From contig MU053379.1 in NCBI GenBank assembly GCA_013239625.1, positions 2,214,866 to 2,278,865 on the forward strand: 64,000 bases of DNA, written 5' to 3'. A program made the translations under genes and the position numbers. This document shows positions 1 through 12,740 of the stretch, piece by piece; position 1 is the stretch's first letter; each line of letters opens with the position of its first letter. The notes under the pieces were generated by a model. It was not told the DNA's origin and made no database searches. It worked only from the letters and a program-made list of their open reading frames with translations. This DNA comes from Lama guanicoe. Its lineage: Eukaryota.

Positions 1-584
1 GCCCTGCCCGTGCCCAGCACCCACTCTGATTATATGCCTGGTTTGTGCTACAGGACATTTGTTTTCAGCAAACACCGCATTTAGTGCAACCCTTAGCACA
101 GCGTCCTGCACGGGTCCTCACGAAATTCTACTGGTTCCATTATTTTGCTTCATGTTGCTCAGCTATTTAGAAGAAGCATTGGGTACACCTGGGGGACGAA
201 GCTGCGCCGTGTGGGCTGGTGAACTCAGGAGCCCTTAGAGACTGTCGAGTTGGTTCCTTTCTACAGGGTGTTTCAGAATTTTCGGAACCGTATCTGGTTT
301 TTTGAACCACTTACATCTGACCAGCGACCATACTTTAAGTGGAAGTCAGCAGACAGGATGTGTGTTTCATGCTGTTCTGTTCTATTCTGTTGACAACGCA
401 CGGTCCGTAGACTGTTTCACAATCGGCGTCATCCTACAGCGATGGCCTGGGGGAGGGCCGAGCTCCTGGGCTGGCACATCTGTCCGCCAGGTCCCCAGCT
501 CTCAGGCCAAAGGCTGGGAGGGTCCTGGCGGGGCTGCGCTCCCGGGACCACCTCCCTCACTCGCACGACCTCTTGTCCTCGCAG

Positions 585-697
585 GCATGGGGGACATGGC
601 CGTGTCCAACTCCATCGGGAGCAACGTGTTTGACATCCTCATCGGCCTCGGCCTCCCCTGGGCCCTGCAGACCCTGGCTGTGGACTACGGATCCTAC
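585..697 (+). CDS. SLC24A3: SLC24A3 (NCKX3) third-last coding exon, alpha-2 repeat region
   Basis: Acceptor tcctcgcag|GC at 584/585 and donor TAC|gtaagt at 697/698. The 113 nt encode (G)MGDMAVSNSIGSNVFDILIGLGLPWALQTLAVDYGSY, the NCKX alpha-2 motif with NCKX3-type residues. Confidence 0.96.
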
Positions 698-845
698 GTA
701 AGTGGCTTTTCAGCTTTTGGTGGCCTTGGCTTTGTGACTTTGTCTCAGGGCAAAGGAAACGTGGAAATACTAACCTGAGGGCGAAACAAATTCTCCTCAC
801 CAGAGTCCCTCCGAGGCCAGGCCTGCGGGGACATTCAGGACTGGG

Positions 846-1318
846 GGGTGGAGCTGGGAAATGGTTTCTGTGAAGGGAGGAGGGTAGAGCTCAGAGGTAG
901 AGCGTGTGCTCAGCATGCACGAGGTCCTGGGTTCAAGCCCCAGTACCTCCACTTTAAAAAAAAAAATGAATAAACCTAATTACCTCCCCCCTAAGAAAAT
1001 AAATAAGTAAATGAAAATTTTTTAAAGTTTCTGTGAAGGGCCAGATAGCAAATACTTTAGGCTTTGCAGCCCAGATGGTGTCTGTCGCAACCGCTCAGGG
1101 CGCAGGGCTGTTTCAGCACAGCTTTATTTATAGAAACTGAAATTTGAATTTCATATAATTTTCACGTATCATGATGTATTATGATTCTTTTGAATCTTTT
1201 CAACCATTGAAAAAGGTAAAAAAAAACAACAAAAAACCTTTCTCAACTCCCGGGCTATGCGAAACAGGAGCAGGGCCAGGTTTGGCCCACGGGCCATCAT
1301 TTGCCAAGCCCGGCCCTG
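846..1318 (+). mobile_element. MER58B-like hAT-Charlie DNA transposon relic, interrupted by a SINE
   Basis: tttctgtgaagggccagatagcaaatactttaggctttgcag ... gaaatttgaatttcatataattttcacg ... tttggcccacgggccatcatttgcc resembles the recalled MER58B consensus. Confidence 0.7.
878..1026 (+). mobile_element. tRNA-derived SINE (camelid Vic-1-like) with 14-bp target-site duplication (TSD)
   Basis: A-box-like gtagagctcagaggtag, B-box ggttcaagccc and an A-rich tail, flanked by gtttctgtgaaggg at 864-877 and 1027-1040. Confidence 0.85.
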
Positions 1319-3119
1319 GTGTATTGGTTTTGCGTGCACGACATTTTCAGTGGTGAAGGATGGAACACAAAACACACGATGCCCCTCCTGCGAGGGATCT
1401 GGATGCTGTCAGACCCTGTGGCGGGGACCCCGGGCTGTTTCTCAGGGCTGACTGTGACTTCAGGTGGAACTGTGAATTCAGGGGGAGACTGGGCTGTCCA
1501 GAGAGACTTACATGCGCTTTCCCACCTTGCCCAGTGTCCCTCTCTGCTAATACTTCTGCCCCAGACACTGTCAGAGGACCGAGGGAGAAGCTGCTGTTAG
1601 AGATTTCTTCCTGTATCTGGAAGAAAACAGTGTTCTGCCTCTGAAGTTTTCACACCCGGTCCGGCGCCGGGATCTGGTCTCAGCGTGTGACCAAGCGCTG
1701 CCCGGGCGTGTGTGTGTGACGGCTGTGACTGTATGTTCTGTAGGAGACACTGCAGCTCATTTTATCATATGACAGTTGTCTCAGAGTTGCTCCATTCGTG
1801 GCTGCTTCCACCAGGGAAGGCGCGTCCAGCTGGTTGCGAGGAAGTTCAAATTCGTACAGAAAGTCCACTCATTCTAGTTCGTGTGCAGTTACCTGTTGGC
1901 TGAAAGATTTCACCAGAGTAAAGCCAAGCACAAGAAGGCGGGAGGAGGGAGAATGTGTCCTAAGGAGTGGCACCCTCTTCTCTGCTGTCTGTGACATCGG
2001 GTGGTGACATGGGGAGACAGGGTGCATTGCTTTACATTAGGGGTCTGGGACAGCGACTTACAAGAGGTGACTCTGAGTTTAAGTCTGAATAACTAGAGAG
2101 AGCCGGCCGTGGGAAAATAGGGGCAGAGCAGAGTGAAAGCATTCCAGGCAACAGGAACAGCCAGTGCAAAGGCCCTGAGGCAGAAATGCACTTGGCCTGT
2201 CAAAGAGACAGAAGGGAGTCCAGTATTAGTGGGGCCGAGTGAACATGGGACATGTGACTGGAGATGCAGCTGGGGGGAGGCAGGGCCAGATCATGTGGGT
2301 GCTCTTCTGACAACTGATAAAACATGGTGATATTCAGATGTACTTGATTTATGTACTCATTATTACAAAATGATGTTTGTGATGACTTTTATGAGAGATT
2401 TGGCAGCATGAATTGTAATCCTGGGCCGTATGCCCAGGAAGAAGGACCACTTAGCCTTGGCTAATTGTAAAGTAAACAGATATCCATCAGAGGCCAGCCC
2501 TTCAGTGGTCCCCCAGCAGTGCAGCCTGAACACCGTCCCTCCGCCACCGCCCGTTGTCTCAAACACGTCACAGAGCCAGGCTAGCGCCTGGCATGCTCAC
2601 AGCCCCGGGAGGTGCCCTGCGCTCCCCCTGCAGGGGTCCTTCCTCCTGCAGACTCTGCTGCAGATGCACACACTCCCTGTCACTCTTCCCATGTCAAGTG
2701 ATGTCCCTTCTTCCAGGTCTGTCTCAAATGCCACTTCATTCAGGATTCCTTCCTAGACCCCACCACCGCCAAATGGGATCTCTCTTCACAGCCTTTATTT
2801 CTACCTCATTCGTGGCTCTTGTCCAAAATCTGTGAACTTGCTTCATCTAAACACATATTAAGTGATACGTGTAAGAGAGACACTGGTTGGCCACTGAAGG
2901 GGCATCAACCATTAGTGGTCACAGGATTCCAAACAATCTTCCTAAGTGTGACATTATTGTCAGTCAGACTCTGATGAATAGACTCACATCAACCAAATTC
3001 ACAGGAGTTTGATGTATATGCTGGAATGCCAGCAGATGGTAGTTAAGATATCCAAGCTCCAGATAGAAAGTGTTCTTATTCCTGCTGATGTGTTCTCTGT
3101 CTTCCCAGAGAAAGATCTT

Positions 3120-3620
3120 ATGTGGGAGGTATCCGGGGAGCTCCATTACCACCTTCAAGTTCACTGACTCACCAGGAGTACTCACAGGACTCCATGCAGG
3201 TCATAGTCATGGCTAAGGTTTATTAGAGAAAAGGGTTTGGAGTAGAAGCATCAGGAAAATGAGATGCATCAGGAGGGGTCCAGAGAGATTATCAGGTGCA
3301 GGCTTCCAAGCCTTGCCCCTCCCAAGCCACAGGGACGTGTGTGAGAGATGGAGGGCTGCTCACGTAGATGCATCTCTGCTCCATGAACAGCCGTGGTAGC
3401 AAAACTCAGGACCCTGCACAGACACAGGTACACACCATAAAGCTCACTGAGCTGTGCTGCGCGCTGTTACGGCGTGTGCCACTGCTTCCCGCGTGCACAC
3501 CAACGTCACCCTTCACTAACGTAAAGAACATTCCAAGAGCCACATTCTCAGGGATTGGCCAAGAGCCAGTCATGGTTCAAGGCTCCGCTGGAGGTTTGCA
3601 GGATTGAGTAACCAGACCTG
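3120..3620 (-). mobile_element. Old LTR fragment (MER21C/MER77-like)
   Basis: actcacaggactc...catggctaaggtttattag segment typical of reverse-oriented MER21-group LTRs. Boundaries approximate. Confidence 0.4.
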
Positions 3621-4574
3621 CTACATTCATCCCTTTCCCAACCAAGGTCAAATCAGAGTTTTACTTGTCAAAATAAGCTTTGCTCCTACTATGTTACAAG
3701 CAACCGCAAAAGCTCCCTGGGGTGGCCCAACAAAGTTTTACTTCTTGCTCAAAGTCCACCCCGCTACAGATGTTTCTCTTCTGGCAGCTCCTATAGATTC
3801 TTCAAAGAGAAACGCAGAGAGCGAGGCTCATTCCATCAGGGCTTCTGCCGCCTCGGAGTCCTTCACCAGTAGTCACCCCAAAAGCAGAGAGGGCAGAGAG
3901 GGCGGGGGCACGGAAGATGACGCAGATCATTTTATGATGAGACCTGGAGGTGGTGCACGTCCTGGCTGCCACACCCACCATCCAGATAAGTCACACGGGC
4001 CCGCCTTGATGCAGGGGCGTCCAGGCCCCCAGGTCAGCTGCGTGCCCGGGAAGCAGAGGAGACGCAGATGTGGGTGAGCGCCAGCAGCCTGGGGTGTCGG
4101 GTGACACCCACACAGGAGGGATTTGCCGGCTGGCCTTTTACCAGAGCTGCGGAGCTTCCACTGTCCGCGCATCCACCCACCTCGAGGGACCTACCCCTCT
4201 GCCACCAGGACCAGAGCCCTCGGGGTGTGCTGTCCCTTCCACTCCAGCCACGCTGACTCACCCTGCCTCGGAGCTCCTTTTTCTGGGTCACGTGTGGACC
4301 GCCCCCCTTTCTGGTTAACACATCCTTTCTATACTCACTCTGGGAGTAATATTTTTTGTTGTTTTTAAACTCTCATCGAAGCCCCGCCGCTTCCTTTGAA
4401 CACACGCCACCTTGATTCTGTTCTGCCGTTCCTAAAATACTCTCTTGGGCTTTTCTGCAGTCCGCTAATCTAAACTTTACTTTTTTATTCCTTTTTTTCT
4501 GGCTGTAAGAATAATTCACAGTCTCCATAGAAAATTAGGGACACTTTAATTAGAGACATTCTAATTGGAGAAAA

Positions 4575-4785
4575 TCCTGGAGCAGTGCCTGCCCAAGAGA
4601 ACTTTCTGTAGTGATGGAAACGTCCAGGCTGTGCTCTCAGATGTGGTAGCCACCAGCCACACAAGACTCTCCAACCCTTGAACTGGGGACGGAACAAGTG
4701 AAAACCTGAATTTTTAATTTTTATTTTAATTAGTTTAAATGGATGTCTCTCCGTGTGACTTTGTGGCTGCCGTGAGACGCTGCAG
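4575..4785. mobile_element. MER3/MER33-like DNA transposon relic
   Basis: agaactttctgtagtgatggaaacgtcc...atgtggtagccaccagccacac and an AT-rich core. A related copy lies at about 29395-29600. Confidence 0.55.
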
Positions 4786-7720
4786 CTTTAGGGGAGGAGA
4801 TAACCATCACAGGTGGTCTGAGCCACAGACACCAATTGTTACCGTGTCTGCGTATTTTGCTCTTTCTTGGTTAGTTGACATGGCTGAGGTTGTGCCATAC
4901 AGTTTTGCACATGGCTGTGTAAAACGCCACTCATTACACACATCAAACACATATTCCTTGTTAGAAACATCATCTTTAAAGGCAGCCTCAAATCCTCGTT
5001 ATGCCGAAGTTCACGATCATACAGCTGCTGTTGGACATGCATGCTGCCATGAGATTTTCCCTCTTATAAGTAATGATGCCACAGGCATCTGAGTACATCA
5101 ATCTTACAGAGTTTAAGGATCTACAGAAATTGAGCATAACACTGTATTTATATCTGAGGCTGTTTCTTTTGATCATTTCCCAGAGTTGGAATTGTAGAGA
5201 ATATGAACATTTTGGAGCACTTCATGTGTGCCTGGTTATTTTTTGAAGTGACAATATTCCTTCTAGTCTAATTTGTCCTAATCTCATTCCTGAGGCTCAG
5301 GGGCAGCTTCATGGCACCCGCCTACGCTTTTCCTTTTTTAACACAGGCTTCGCCCTTGCATTGTGCCCACGAGAACCGCGGTGAGGGTGAGCATCCTCAG
5401 AGCACACAGGACCCGCTCCAAGCAAAAGCCCTGTAGCCAGCACAGCCTGACTTCCCCAGCGCAGCCCGCTGGGGACCCTCAGTCGTACTTGGTCAGCAAA
5501 AAAGATGAAAAGAAACCACGCTCTAAATAACCTGGAAAACCAGTCCATGAATAATAGCTTTTTACCACCTAGACTTTCTCCAGGGAGGGGTGGACAGGCA
5601 GGAGCAGGGACCGCCAATCCTTTCCAATGTCCCTAAGATCCGTTATTATGTTTGTTTTTTCTTTACTGGGATGCTAGTCCTGGAAGGTGAAATCAAAAGC
5701 ATTCAAAAAAACAAAATGCAGAACTCATCCTGGGAGTAAACCAGTTCCTCTTACCAGCTTTGAAATCTTCCTGATTGAACACGAGCTCCCCACCCTACTA
5801 GGCACGTTGTCTGTCGTGTGTAAGCCCCCAGGGGTCAGCCGTCCTCCTCTCCTGACCTTCTCCCAGTGCTCTTCAGGGAACAGAAAATTAGACATAATTC
5901 CCATGGTGGTAACACCCACAGCCATGAAAACATATCCTTTTCAGACTCCAAACTCTCGTGACCGGGTGATAGCATGAACACAGAACTCCAGGCCCTGTTA
6001 GACGCTTGGCCCAGATTCATGTTTTCCATCTGTAGATGAGGTAACTGGGCTGCTCTGGTCGTTCTGCTGGACTCGTGCAAGGAGCACATCTAATGCTGCG
6101 TTAAGGCTCGGCTTTACTTCTGAAGCAGAGGGGGAAATTCAGGAGAAGCAGCAGGCCAGCCGCTTCTGATTTGTGAGCAGCCATGGCGCACAGGAAGGTG
6201 CTCTAGGGGAAAATGTTTGGTTGGAAAGGACAGAGAAAGATATGTCATGTTGCGTTTTCATCCAAATGCTGCTGTTTCTGTAAGCAGTGCCAGAGAGAGC
6301 TTCCTCTGATTCCAAGAATACCAACATCTTTGAAAGCATAAATTCAGTAACATAACCTACAAACAGTTCGTGAGCCCCGGGGAAACCAAGAGTTCTTTTT
6401 GCATATGGTGTGAGGTAGGGATCCATCCTCATTCTTTGGCATGTGGATACATAGTTGTTTCAGCTCCCTTGGTTGAAAAGATTACATTTTGAACTTCAAA
6501 ATTTGAAAGGAAAAAAATTCTAGTTAACTTATTTTTCAGTCATTTTCATAACTCAGTAACTCTTAGGAAGCCCATGACTGTATTTCGGCGAAAGCAGTGT
6601 ATTCTAGAACCCCGTGGCTTGTCAACAGGGATCATCAGTGAAAACTATCAGGGAGAGTTTTCATCCTGAGTCAGGACTGAAATGTAAATGGTCAGGAAGC
6701 AGGGAGAGGCAGCCAGGGGAGCTGAATCCGGGGAGGGACAGAGTGACCAAAGCCTCCCCAGATCCCAGCGGCATTCTTCACAAAGCCACTCTTTTGCTTA
6801 CTTCACTCAGATAGTTTTATCTCTTAGATTGAGAGGGCATTCAAGGAGGGAGGAAGTCTCCACACGCAGAGTCCTGTCCACGTGCTGCCCCCAAATACAG
6901 CCCACGCAGCACATCACAGACTCTCCTCCCCGCGTCCTGTTGGCCCACTCTCTTTCCTGCTCTGTTTGACAGGCCTTTACCCACATCATCTCTCCACTGC
7001 TAGGGCCTGAATGTAAGACCTTGTCCACGTCACATCACGTTGGCCGTCTTTCACATGGCAGGACATTTCACTTGTTTAAACAGAGAATAAATGTTATTTC
7101 CTCAGTTGTGGGTGGGGGTGAGCAGTCCTTGTACATCGGTAGGTCCTGAGAGCGGGGCCGTGTTTCGCCCCAGTTAAGTACTGTATATGCGTGGTGGTGA
7201 TTCCGAGTCATCAAGAAAAAGTTAAGAATGAGATATTTTCATTGAAAACAGTGAATGAAGGTGGTGACTTGTAGAGGGTGGACTTTGATTTTCTGGGACA
7301 CTTCATCTGTCCGAGGCTACCTCTTTGTCCAGCAAAGGTAGACCAAAATAGTGGCCCAATCTGGCCCAACCAAGCTGTGTCTCTTGGTTTTCCTGCAAGC
7401 CAGGGGTTGAAGAAAGTGGCCCTCTGGAACCAGACCACCTCCCAGAAGGGGTCCTGGGGCCCCCAGCAGGGGCTCCTGTTGTCTCTTTCTCCAGCTCATC
7501 CTTCAGGTATAAGCTCAAATGTCAACTGTAATCTCTCAGACCTGGGTCAGTTTTCAGTCCTGTGTTTTTCGTCAGCAGCTTACCTTGCCCCTTTGTCTGA
7601 GTCTCCTCCAGAGAAGTGATCTCCCTGAAGGCAGAAACTGTGCCCATCTTATGCATTTATTTCTTCCTCTGCCTAACACAGTTCCTGGTCCTTAGAATGT
7701 GCTCAGGAAATATTTGTTGC

Positions 7721-7804
7721 ATGGATGGATGAATAATTAGGTGGATGGATGGATGGATGGATGGATGGATGGTTACATAGGTGGATGGATGGATGGATGG
7801 ATGG
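7721..7804. repeat. (GGAT)n tetranucleotide microsatellite, interrupted
   Basis: Several atggatggatgg tracts directly visible, at the tail of an L2-like 3' end. Confidence 0.9.
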
Positions 7805-9999
7805 ACCCTAACTTTCCCATCAGCACCACCTCACCTGGGGAGGAAGACACGTGCAGAGCGGAGTGGAGGAATAGGCTGACCTGAGAGAAGGGTGGGGGAC
7901 AAACAGACCGGCACTAACAACAGCTTAACCCTCATGGAGTCCCTCCCACAGGCCAGCGCTCCAGGGACGCCATGCACACATGGGCTCGTCTAACTGTGAC
8001 AACAGCTAAATGAAACAAGGATCATTTCTGCAACTGATGCTTATTATGCACCTACTGTGTGCGGGAACTTGGCCAGGTGCTGTGAATACAGAATGACCCA
8101 GGCAGGCCAGACCCTCCCTCGGGTTGAGGGAGGCAGACGAGCCCTGAGTGGCAAGCACCCTGGCACACTGACTTCAGAGAGGGGGAGCCCATGAAGACGG
8201 GCATGTGACAGCGAGCGGGGCCGGTCCCTCCGGGTCCACTGGACAGGGAGGTAGGTTCTGTGCTTTTGCTGAGAATCATTCTGATGACTGGCAGAAAGGA
8301 GCTGGGGGGTGAGGGGCAGGGGACGCGTTGTAGAGAGAGGATGGCAGGTGCAGAGACCTGAGTGGCTGCATCTGAGAACAGAAGGAAGGCGAGGGTGTTG
8401 GGGGCCAGATGGGCTGGGGTCACACACTCGCCCTAAGTGCGGGGCTGTTCCAAGCCCCCTCCTGCAGATCGGGAAGCCAGGGCCTCGGGAGATTAAATTG
8501 CACAGCCAGAAAGAGGCAGAGAGGACAGTGAGATTTTTTCTCTCCCCGCCAGGAGAGGGGTACTATTGTCAAAGCAAACAGTCACATGGCCGAGGTCCGG
8601 GAGTGAGAGGGTCCCCACTGGGGCGGAATGTTAGATGGACCCGCCCCTGCGTTCGACTCTGCTGGAAGAGAGGACAGGGCCTGTTCATTAAGGCTCCAGG
8701 GAGCGCTTCAACTATATGTAAAGAGAGAAGGGACTGAAGCGGGGAGAACTCCTGACGCTCAGATTCTGGCTCTAAAAATCCCACCGACGCTGGTGCAGCT
8801 CACGTCGCCACTGCCCAAGGCCAGAGTTGTGGTGACTCGATGGTTTCCCTCTGACAGTTGGAAGAATCACTCTGGATCCTTCCATGGAGATGACCCTTTT
8901 GTCCAGGTCCTGGGTAGCCCTCGACCCCCGGCCTTCATCGGGCGTCCGGCCGCCAGCCCCCCGCGCCCAGCCACGCTGTAGGGGCGTCAGTGTGGACCTT
9001 TATGCCGAGACGCAGAAGTTGCTTGGAAAGACAGTTCCAGGTTCATGGAAAAGCGAATTCAGGGGCTTAGGAGTCTCAAGCATTCTGGTCCTCCCCCATC
9101 TCCGCCTCCAGTGTTTCCCGGGAGAAGGTGTTATTTCCAAAGGGACACTCAGGGCCTCCATCTGCGAGCGCTTCAGTAACCCCACGACATCTTCCTGTGT
9201 CTCTGACATCAGATGCCAGCAGCCTGTGTGGGTTTAATGGCCTCCCCGCCCTCGCCAAGCGACCTGCTGACAGTTCTGAAGTCATTTTTCCATCTCGCCT
9301 AGATGCATTTCCAGGTCATAATTACTGGGTAATTACCACCAAGACAGCTGTTGTGAGCATGGTGTTAGTTCAGGCAGCTGACAGCGGGGAGGGAAGGCAG
9401 TTTCACAGATTCTGACATTTCTCTGTGCTGGTGGCTTGTGCAGAAGCCAGCTAGCTACCTAAGTGCCCCAAATAAGAAATATTTCTAAAAGTCAGTTTGG
9501 AAAATGAGCACTTCTTGTCCCATTTTGGTGATAAATGTCTGTTCCATATGCTCCAGCTGAACTAAAGCAGCCACCAGGCAGGCTCCAGGCAGCCAGGGCA
9601 AAACTCAGATTTCTGAGCTGAGGCTAAAAAGTGCAAAATAAATCTAAGATGCCATGAACAGAGGTGGCAAGGGAGTCTGTCTTCTTCTCTGTCCAAGCAA
9701 GGGCCCACCTGATTCCAGAATCCAGAGAGGTGAAAAGTGGTCCCCAAGGTCCTCCCCACCCCTTCTGTCTGGTTTGTTCTTTCTCCGATGAATGCTTTCT
9801 GCGTGCTAAGCAGCCTGGCATCGTTGGGGACAGCTCAGTGATCATTTCCAGGCAGACCCCGTCCTGTGCTCCCGGAACCCCCGCCTCTGGAAGGAGATGA
9901 TGACCCCAGCAATTCCAGAACCACATGTGCTCTCCCGAGAGCTGGTTGTGGCGGGGCTTGTGGCAGCACGTGGCCGTGTGTGGCAGGGGTCGGGGGGTC

Positions 10000-10760
10000 T
10001 GGCACTCTTGCTCTGAGTAGCAGAGATGATCAGGAGCCAGGTAAAGAAGTGAGAGGCTATTTCTGAGCAGAAGGAGCAGATTGTAGACCAAGATAGGAGA
10101 AAGCTTCCTGAACTCGAGGACCCGAGGGCAGCCCCTGTGCCCGGAGGTAGGGGTCGGGATGGGAAGTAGGGCACAGGGTAGAGGGATGGTGGCAGGACCA
10201 GGAGAGGCCACGTGGTGAAGGATGCTGTGAGTGATGGTCACAGAGAGAATGAAGGGGTGATGTGATTGTGCCTTTTAGAAAGAAGATTCTCACTATTACA
10301 TAAAGAAAGGGTTGGAACCAGGTAAGACTGAGGGCCGCAAGGGCAGTTATGAGGCATTTGTAGGAAAGAGAAAACCTGCTGGCCTGGGGCAGACAGCTGC
10401 TGGGGTGGAGGGGGTGCGGGGAGGGGAGCATACCTAAGAGGGAATGCCGAGGGTCCCACTCAGGACAGATCAGGTTTGATGTGTCCGAGGGTCGTCCCGA
10501 TGGAGGGGCCAGGTAGGCAGTGGGGCAAGTGTGCCTGAAGTCCCGCGGCAAGGTCTCCGTACGGCAGTCAGGGCAGGAGCGTGGGTTTTCAAGTATCAGG
10601 CTCTCACAGGACATAAATGCAAATAAACAAGAGAGCTCAGGACCACATCCTGATGTCAGGGAGGAAAAGAAACCCCGTGAAGGAGACTGAGGAGGGGTCA
10701 GCCAGGAAGGGGGAGGATTGGGAGAAAGTGGGGACAGGAGGATGTTTCCAGAAAGAGGGA
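10000..10760 (-). mobile_element. L2 LINE fragment (degenerate)
   Basis: Purine-rich sequence with L2-like motifs (gatcaggtttgatgtgtccgagg...ccaggtaggcagtgg; gtgaaggagactgaggagggg). Boundaries approximate. Confidence 0.45.
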
Positions 10761-10844
10761 GTGGACGCACAGAGCAGGACTTCTCCCAGGGTCCTTCTTC
10801 TAAAGCCAGCTGTCAGCCAGCCTCCAATCCCCTCCTCCAAGAAG

Positions 10845-10876
<32 letters not shown>
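10845..10876. repeat. Poly-C homopolymer (32 nt)
   Basis: Directly visible run of C. Confidence 0.9.
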
Positions 10877-11967
10877 ACCTGTGTGACTCAGCCAGCGCGC
10901 CCAGATCCCACCTGTCAGTTCTCGACGCCCTCCGCGTCTCCCTTCTCCTCTCCTGAGCGAGCATCCCCGAATCCGGTTCCCAGGACCCGGACGCTGCTCC
11001 AGTTGCCAGTTCCTTTTAATGAAAACCCTGCCGCAGCCTCAAGCGGACCGCGGGACTCTGGAGCCAGCTGGTACAGGCAGAGAGGGTGCAGCTCCTCCCC
11101 ACCCCACCCCACCCACAGCGGGGCCACGTGGGCAGCTTGCCCTTGACCGTGCGGGAGCAGCAACACGGTGGGAACCAGCAGATGCAGAATCCGCTGCGGG
11201 CCCGTCTCCAGGCCAGGCTGTCCCCACAAGACCCGGGTCAGGGGGAACCTGGAGATCGTTTGGCGCCATCACAATGAATGATTCTAACAAGCCCCTGGGA
11301 GCTAAGTGACACCATCCGGCCCCTTTAAGGTGCATCTTGACCTTTAGATTTCAGGCGCTGTTTCAGGAAAATGAAGTGATATTTGGGGGAAGGCAGGGTC
11401 CTTTTGGGTCCCCCGTGGAAGGGCTGACCTGGGTCACTAGCGTTTCAAGCAGATTCAATCTCACTGTCTATCAACATTTAAATCCTCCAGAAGCCAGTCT
11501 GTCCTGAGACAAGGATGGGGTGAGGAGTTTATCTGGGAGAGGCGGGGAAGTCTGGTAGGAGACAGCGGAAGGTTGTGGGGGGAGTCATCCAGTAGTGGCT
11601 GGAGAGTCACTGGGGGGGTAGGTGGCACCTCCGTGGTTCAGGGAAGAGCCTTCAGGCACAGAAGCCAGGACTGGCCCCTGGGAGTCAGCGGCCCCCATCA
11701 AAATGGTAAGAGGGTGGGGGCAGCATGGGACCTGGGTGGGGCCCCTGGCGTCTGAGGCACAGGCCTCAGTTCATTCAGGACCCTTTCAGAATGATGAGGC
11801 AGGAAGGGCCCAGACGGCACTCCCGAGAGCCCTGAGCAGCTGAAGAGAACCCTGGCTATTCCCTGTGCCCTGCAGGGTGCCAGGAAGAGCCTGCAGAATT
11901 CACAGTCCAAAGCGCAATTCTGAGTGCAGACTTGGCCCCTTACCAGCTTCGTGGCCGTGTGTAACCT

Positions 11968-12740
11968 TGTGATTTATAGTAAGAAACCTGTATTTGGTCT
12001 TTGTTCATAGCACAGAGCTCCTAAAACCCTCGGAATTTCCTAAGTGCTGAGAGCGACAAAGGTGACTCTTTTATGTTAATGAGGCGACTTTAGGATTCCA
12101 CCTAAGGAGGGGGGTGGTTGCCAGGGGAACCAACCCTGCCTGTGGTTTGAGGGTTAGAACTCTTAGTCCCGCCCCCTGAACTCTGGGGCAAAGAGAGTGG
12201 CCAGAGGTTTAATCAGTCACCACTGGTCGTCATCAGTGTAACTGATTGTGCCTATGTAATGAAGCCTCTGTAAAAATCCAAAAAGGACAGGGTTCAGAGA
12301 GATTCTGGGTTGGTGAACACTGGGAGACGCAGGGAGAGTGGGTCCCCGAGAGGGCCTGGGAGCCCCGGGCACCTTCCCCACACCCGCCCTAAGAATCTCT
12401 TCCACCTGGCTCTCCCTGAGTTACATCCTTCTATAATAAGCCAGTGATCTAGTAAGGAAAGTGTTTCTCTGAGTCCTGTGAGCCACTCTAGCAAATTGAT
12501 AGCCCCCAAGGAGGAGGGGTCCTTCTTGGAACCCAGGTGGGGACCTCTGATCTCTAGCCTGTTTGTCAGAAGCACAGGTGACAACCTGGACTTGCAGCTG
12601 GTGTTTAAAGTCGGGGGAGGATAAGCCGGTGTGATCGATGCTGTCTCCGGGTGGACGGTGACAGGTTACATTGTAGGTCACTCAGCTGGACGTGTGGAGA
12701 AACACACACACACACACACACACGAATTGGTCACCAGAAT
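11968..12740 (+). mobile_element. Solo LTR, MER21-like (ERV)
   Basis: Begins tgtgatttatagtaagaaa... and contains cacagagctcctaaaaccctcggaatttcc and gtttctctgagtcctgtgagccactctagcaaatt, which are characteristic of MER21 LTRs. Confidence 0.7.

Noticed and set aside
302..778. 158-aa ORF (and likewise 17973-18485) as stand-alone genes
   Set aside because: These are intronic read-through around real exons bounded by canonical splice sites, and they have non-ATG starts.
878..950. tRNA gene
   Set aside because: It has A/B boxes, but also an A-rich tail, a TSD and several diverged copies in the window, so it is a SINE.
9624..10770. 205-aa and 237-aa minus-strand ORFs
   Set aside because: They overlap degenerate L2-like sequence, have low-complexity composition and show no recognisable protein motif.
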